A stretch of 64,000 nucleotides of DNA from assembly GCF_009914755.1 (NCBI RefSeq), contig NC_060940.1. One strand, written 5' to 3'. Below the pieces are notes generated by a model that was not told the DNA's origin, did not search any database, and saw only the letters and a program-made list of their open reading frames with translations. Below are positions 55,612 to 64,000 of the stretch, one piece after another. The translations under genes and the position numbers were made by a program. Position 1 is the first letter of the stretch. Each line of letters opens with the position of its first letter. This stretch comes from the human T2T-CHM13v2.0 reference genome, Homo sapiens.

Positions 55612-56825
55612 CTGCAAACAGAAAGAAGAAAAAAGAGCCATGAATTAAAATGAGCTCTGAGCTAAGGGTCTGGACTTGGCTCCTCCCAGGGCCCTCCCAT
55701 TCTAAAGCTTCTCCATGCTGGCCTCATTGGAAGTGACAACAGGTCAGCTGGGCTCATTGCCCAGGCTACAGGGGCCACGACCAAAGCCAAAAGGGCAGCC
55801 CCAAAGTCCCAGAGGCAGCCCCAGAAAGATGCTGGAGCCTGACTGATCCAGGAGTCATTAGCATCCAGCCACATCAGCTCTGGAGGTGTCCCGGGAGGCC
55901 CACCCCACCCAGATTAGGTTAGGGACCAAACGCAGATGTTGGATCTATACAGATTGGGGTCCCCCTTAGCCACTTCTCCGCTCTGTGGCCTTGGGCAAAT
56001 ATTCTTAAACTCCATGCCTCAGTTCCTTCATCTGTAATATAGTATTGTGCACATTTGTGTTTTTTTGTAAATCCAGCATCCATTTCCTCTTCTTCCAGAA
56101 GCATCCTGTGGTCCTTGAGGTTTCCCCCATCACCCCTACCGTCATGTACAGTCTTAGTGGGACTGCCTCATAAGTACCTTCAACAAAGAGGTAAGAATGT
56201 GTTCCAGGCTGCATTGGTCAGACTCTCTGGCCTAAAACTCCAAGCTCAGTCAAGGACAGGGAAGCACAGCAGGTGGACAGAGCCCTGAGGCAGACTTCCT
56301 TTCTGCCCCTGGGCCCAAGCAGCCCAGTTTCTGTCATTTACCTAGCCTGATTCCTAGTGTTCCCACTGCAACTGTGAGCTCCTCCATACTCCCCTACAAA
56401 TCCCTTTCCTCTACTAGATGACAGAGTCAGTCTCTCTTGTTTACCACCAGAGAAACCCAAAAGATACAGAGGTCATCAAAGAACTAGATGTGATTAAGCA
56501 GACATTATCCATCACCTTCTACTCTTAAAGAGGCCTCTGAGGTGGAGCCAGGCTCTGAAGACCCATTTCCTTCCCAAAGAGAGATCTGAGAACAGTTACC
56601 AATACGTTCAATGGTCACCTAACAATGTAGAAATCCCAGCATCATATCTGCTGGTAGACAATGCCACAGTGGCAAGCATTTCTTAAATCCACTCCCTGGC
56701 TTCAGTCCTACTAGTTCAGTGCTCAGCTCTCACAAGCTTCATTTCATCAAAAATCTCCTAGGCTTGGTTTTACATTGTATCTCTAGTACTGGCACATAGA
56801 TGGTAGGTGCTGAATTATGCTTGTT

Positions 56826-57592
56826 AGATGGATGGATTGAGGGATGGATGAGTAGATGGATGGGAAGATGAGTGGACGGAAGGAAGGAAGAAAGGAAGGA
56901 AGGGTAGATGGGTGAATGGAAGGGTGGGTAGATGGGTAGGTAGATGGATGGGTGGGTGGGTGGATGAATAGACAGATGGACGGGAGGGTGGATAAGCAGA
57001 TGAGTAGGTGAGTAGGTGGGTGGGTGGATGGGCAGATGGGTGGGAAAATGGATGGATAGATGAGTAGATGGATGGGAGGATGGAAGAAGAGGTGGATGGG
57101 CAAGTGAGTGGAAGGAAGGAAGAAAGGAAAGAAGGAAGGAAGAAAGGATGGGTGGATGGAAGAATGGATGGATAGGTAAATGGACGGGAGGATAAATGGA
57201 TGGGAGGCTGGGTGAATAGGCAGACAGATGGCTGGATGGAAGGATGGATAGATGGACAGGTAGAGAGACAGGAAGACAAATGGATGAGTGGGTGGGTGGG
57301 TAGGTGGACGAATAGATGGATGGAAAGAAGGAAGGATGGATGGATAGATAGGAAGAAAGAAAGAAGAAAGGAGGGAAGGGTGTGTAGATGGGTAGATGGG
57401 TGGGTATATAGCTGGTTGGACGGATGGTTGGACGGAGGAGGGAAGGATGAGTGAGTGGATGAGAGAGTGGATGGGTGGGTGAATGGGAGGGAGGACAGAG
57501 TGTATAGGCCGGTAAATGAGTTGGATGGATGGATGGATGGATGGATGGATGGATGGATGGATGGATGGGAATATGAATGGGAGGATGGATGG
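56826..57592 (+). repeat. Long compound (GGAT/GGAA/GGGT)n tract
   Basis: About 770 bp of purine-rich tetranucleotide units; source of the spurious 310-aa and 283-aa ORFs. Confidence 0.9.
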
Positions 57593-57837
57593 GACTGAAG
57601 AAGGCAAGGTGAAAGAGATGACTCTTTCTTCCATCTGTAATCTTAAGAGAGAACTGATTGGATGTGGGCACGTTCCTCAGATTCTATGCCCAACTCCAAT
57701 CAGTTCTCTCTCTCTTCCCTCGGATTATAGATGGATGTTTGGGTGGCCTGGTTGAACGAAATCCTCAAGACAAAAGGCCTAAAGACTAGTCAGCTCTGGG
57801 GTTTCAATTCTGGTGTGTTTATATAATGGCACATTTA

Positions 57838-58020
<183 letters not shown>

Positions 58021-58439
58021 TCAGAAGGCTGAGGCAGGAAAATTGCTTGAACTCAGGAGGCGGACGTTGCAGTGAGCCGAGATCGTGCCACTGCATGCCA
58101 GGCTGGGCAACAGAGCAAGACTCTGTTTCAAAAACAAATAAGATATAAATACATAAATAAAATAGGCAGCCATTGAAAAGAACCAGGCAGAGCTTTGTGG
58201 ATGGACACAGAAAAATATCCAAAATATATTAAGCTAAAAATAAAAGATGAGGTAGCATAGTGTTATACCTTTTGTGTTTTAAAAAGACAGATATATAGGT
58301 AGGATGCAGTGGTTCATGCCTGTAATCTCAACACTTTGGGAGGCTGAGATGGGAGGATCACTTGAGGCCAGGAGTTCCAGACCAGCCTGGACAACATAGC
58401 AAGACCCAGTCTCTACAAAAAAAAATTTTTTTTTAATTA

Positions 58440-58577
<138 letters not shown>

Positions 58578-59321
58578 CTATCTCTAAAAACAGACCTGGG
58601 ATGGGTGCGGTGGCTCACACTTGTAATCCCAGCACTTCGGAAGGCTGAGGCGGGCAGATCACTTGAGGTCAGGAGTTCAAGACCAGCCTGGCCAACATGG
58701 TGAAACGCTGTCTCTACTAAAAATACAAAAATTAGCTGGGCATGGTAGCATGCACCTGTAATCCAAGGTACTCCGGAGGCTGAGGCAGGAGAATCACTTC
58801 AACCCAGGAGGTGGAGGTTGCAGTGAGGTGAGATCATGCCACTACACTCCAGCCTGGGCAACAGAGCGAGACTCCAAAAACAAAACAAAACAAACAAAAA
58901 AAACCAACAAACAGGCCTGAGCCTGAAGTATTGAGAAAAGGGACAGGAGGAAGACCTACTTTCACCCATTCTACTTCTATCCTGGTTATGTTTGTGCTAT
59001 GAACACATACAATCTTTTCCTCATCCCACCAAAAATGGTCAATAGAAAAAGAGTCGGTATTGTTCTTTATGAAACCATCATGACCACAAAGCTAAAAAAA
59101 GACAGAAAAGAAAGAGCCACCGCATTAGGATCCCACTAACAGCTCCGATCTCCCGAGCACTCACTGCACTGCAGGCGTATGCTGAACTTCTGTGTTGAAG
59201 TGACCCACTGAATTCTCTCAGCAGCTCCTGGGGTGGGCACTGGCATTGCCTCCATTTTACAAATAAGGAGAGTGAGGTTCAGAAGTGAGGCAACTTGCCC
59301 AAGGTCACTAGGGTGGGTTGA

Positions 59322-59706
<385 letters not shown>

Positions 59707-59780
59707 TAATTAAGGGAAGGATGTTGAGATGAGGTCATCCTGGCTTGGAGTGAGACCTAAATCAATGGTGTCCCTATTTA

Positions 59781-60474
<694 letters not shown>

Positions 60475-61109
60475 TGATTTTTTAAAAGAGGGTGAAGGAT
60501 AGAAGAACCAGGTACCCTGTGATTAGAACCCAGACAGAGAGAACCTCCTGGGACCGGCCCAGACAACCTCCACTATCTTAAGGAAAGATTTTGAGATGGA
60601 CAGACAGATGGGCTGTGTTGATCCACTACTTCAGGGAGAGAGGCAGGCTTTCCTGGCAGCCTTGTGAATCCTAGGCCCAGAGCAGGAGAGATTTATAGGC
60701 TCAGATGCTCACAGGGCCCCCAGGAGAGGGAGCGGGCTCCAGGAGAAGGCCTGGGAGCTGCCAGCGCGGCTCCGAGCTGGGGGCTGCTGGGAGACCTCTG
60801 GCCTGACGTTCCCATCAAAAACACACCACTTCCAGGCGTGGGAAGCTTGCAGGGTGCTGGTTACGAGCAGAAGGACTCCATGTGGGTGCTGTCTGCCAAC
60901 CCGTGTGGAGCACAGGGAACTCTGAGATCCTGGAAATTTTTATCTGATTCCTTCCCCAAGCCTGAGCTTGTGTTGGACTCAAAAGCAGTGTTCTCCACCG
61001 TACAAAGCAGTTTCACTCCCTCCTTGCTTTGCACAAGTGATTTCTTCTGCCCAGTGCACCCACCACCACTTCTTCTCTGGCCTAATCCATTCTCTCTCTC
61101 TCTCTCTTT

Positions 61110-61935
<826 letters not shown>

Positions 61936-62983
61936 TACATACCCTAATCTGTATCTGAAACATCGTCTTGGGAGTCAACTCTTCTATGATACCTTCTCTA
62001 ACTCTGCACTTTTCTAGAGCTGAGTTGGAGACCTTTCCACTTGACCTCCTACCTGCAGGATGGCCATGGACCGTGGTGCATGTTGTACACTGCATAACTC
62101 TATGGAGAAACTATTTGCATTGGTCATTTATTGTATTGCATTGTGTATTTATTGTAATAATCTTTCAGCAGATGGAGGAAAAGTGCTTTGAGAAAACGGT
62201 GCCTTTCTCTAATATAAACATGAGTGTCACATGGCCTAGTGGTTCCCATGGTCCACAGGTTCTCTCCATTTTAGTAATTATCATCATTGTGATCCTTACT
62301 TAATAAATGTCTCAAAACATTCTGGCGGAAAAAGGTACAGATGATATGGAATGATAATAGGCCATCTATCCATGATATGGCATTCAGAGTTTTTCTTGTT
62401 TTTCTTTTCCATATTGGTAAAAATTATGGACTTTATTCATAATATCCAAAAAATAGAAACAACCAAATGTTCATCAATGGGTAGATGGATAAACAAAATG
62501 TGGTCTACCCAGACAGTGGGATAGTATTCAGCCATGAAAAGAAAGGATGTTATGGCCGGCGGCCATGGCTCATGCCTGAAATTCCAGCACTTTGGGAAGC
62601 TGAGGCAGGTGGATTGCTTGAGCCCGGGAGTCCGAAACCAGCCTGGGCAACATGGTGAAACCCTATCTCTACAAAAAAAAATGCAAACATTAGCTGGGCA
62701 TAGTGGCACAATCCCTGTGGTCTCAGCTACTCAAGAGGCTGAGGTGGGACAATGGCTTGAGCCCAGGAGGTGGAGGTTGTAGTAAGCCACGACTGCACCA
62801 CGGTACTCCAGCTGGGGTGACAGAGACAGACCCTGTCTTAAAAAATATATAAATAGTATGAATCCATGATACAACGTGGATGAACCTTGACAACATTATA
62901 CTAAGTGAAAGAAGCTAGCCGGCTGGGCACGGTGGCTCACACCTGTAATCCCAGCACTTTGGGAGGCTGAGGTGGGCAGATCA

Positions 62984-63259
<276 letters not shown>

Positions 63260-64000
63260 TCACATATGATTCCATTTATATGAAATGTCCAGAATAGGCA
63301 AATCCATAGAGACAGAAAGTAGATTTGTGAATTCGTGGCTGCCAGGAGCTGCGGGTAGGAATATGGAGTGACAAAAAAATGTGCACAAGATTTCTTTGGG
63401 GGATGATAGAAATATAAAATTATATTGCAGCAATGGCTGCATAACCATGTAAATTATGAGTGAATTTAGACAGTTATGCAGACATAGCTGCAATTTTAGG
63501 TGTGAACTGTATCCTTAAAATGAATTTATTTAAATTATACCGCATAAACCTTTTTTAAAAATGATGTTCATTTTATACCACCTCTGAATGATTATAAATC
63601 TGACTTCTTCCACTTCATGCAGCTCTATTAGGTTTCCAACAATTACAAAATTGTTCATTTTCAATGCTTTTCCCCTGAACCAATGAGCTCCTGAAGGTAC
63701 AAGGAACAATGCCTGACACACAGTAGGTGCTCAGGAAATGCTTGTTATTTTGAATTGCTCTCTGGCTCAGAGAGGCAACCAAGGTAGAAGCAATGGAAAA
63801 TGCATATTCACGTGTTCACATATTCATTCAACAAACGAGTCCTGAGCCAGGTACCGAAAGCACAAAAGTCAATAAGATCTGCTTTTTTTTTTCTTTTCTT
63901 TTTTAAGAGATGAGGTGTCACTCTGATGCCCAGGCTGAAGTGCAGTAGCACGATCATAGCTAACTGCAGTCTGGAACTCCTGGGCTAACAGATCCTTCCA

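Noticed and set aside
56739-57671. Longest ORFs in the track (310 aa, 283 aa; Pro/Ser/His/Ile-rich), and similar ORFs at 16768-17571 and 21911-22363
   Set aside because: They are translations of (TCCA)n microsatellites that lack stop codons; there is no coding structure beyond the real exon 11 portion.

Overview
Primate (almost certainly human) genomic DNA lying entirely inside MYH11, the smooth-muscle myosin heavy chain gene (16p13.11 in human), on the minus strand. I traced 17 constitutive coding exons by hand, from exon 4 (55584-55611) to exon 20 (2066-2174), plus the 21-nt SM-B/exon 5b microexon (QGPSFAY). All have AG/GT boundaries and compatible phases, giving one continuous frame: P-loop, loop 1, switch I, switch II, relay, loop 2, SH1 helix, converter and IQ lever arm. 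The rest is intron, dense in Alus and also carrying MIR/L2/L1 fragments, DNA transposons, LTRs and (GGAT)n tracts. Almost all of the supplied ORFs are Alu or microsatellite artefacts. I found no clearly new biological system. The best leads: (1) a possible extra in-frame 42/36-nt loop-1 cassette exon with RBFOX motifs, next to exon 5b; (2) a U12-type minor intron between exons 7 and 8; (3) a tailless U6 retro-fragment with target-site duplication (TSD); (4) a TSD-mediated tandem AluY duplication and other local templated duplications; (5) candidate CTCF, CArG and USF-NFY-YY1 sites. Exon numbers and repeat family names are from memory and were not checked against a database.
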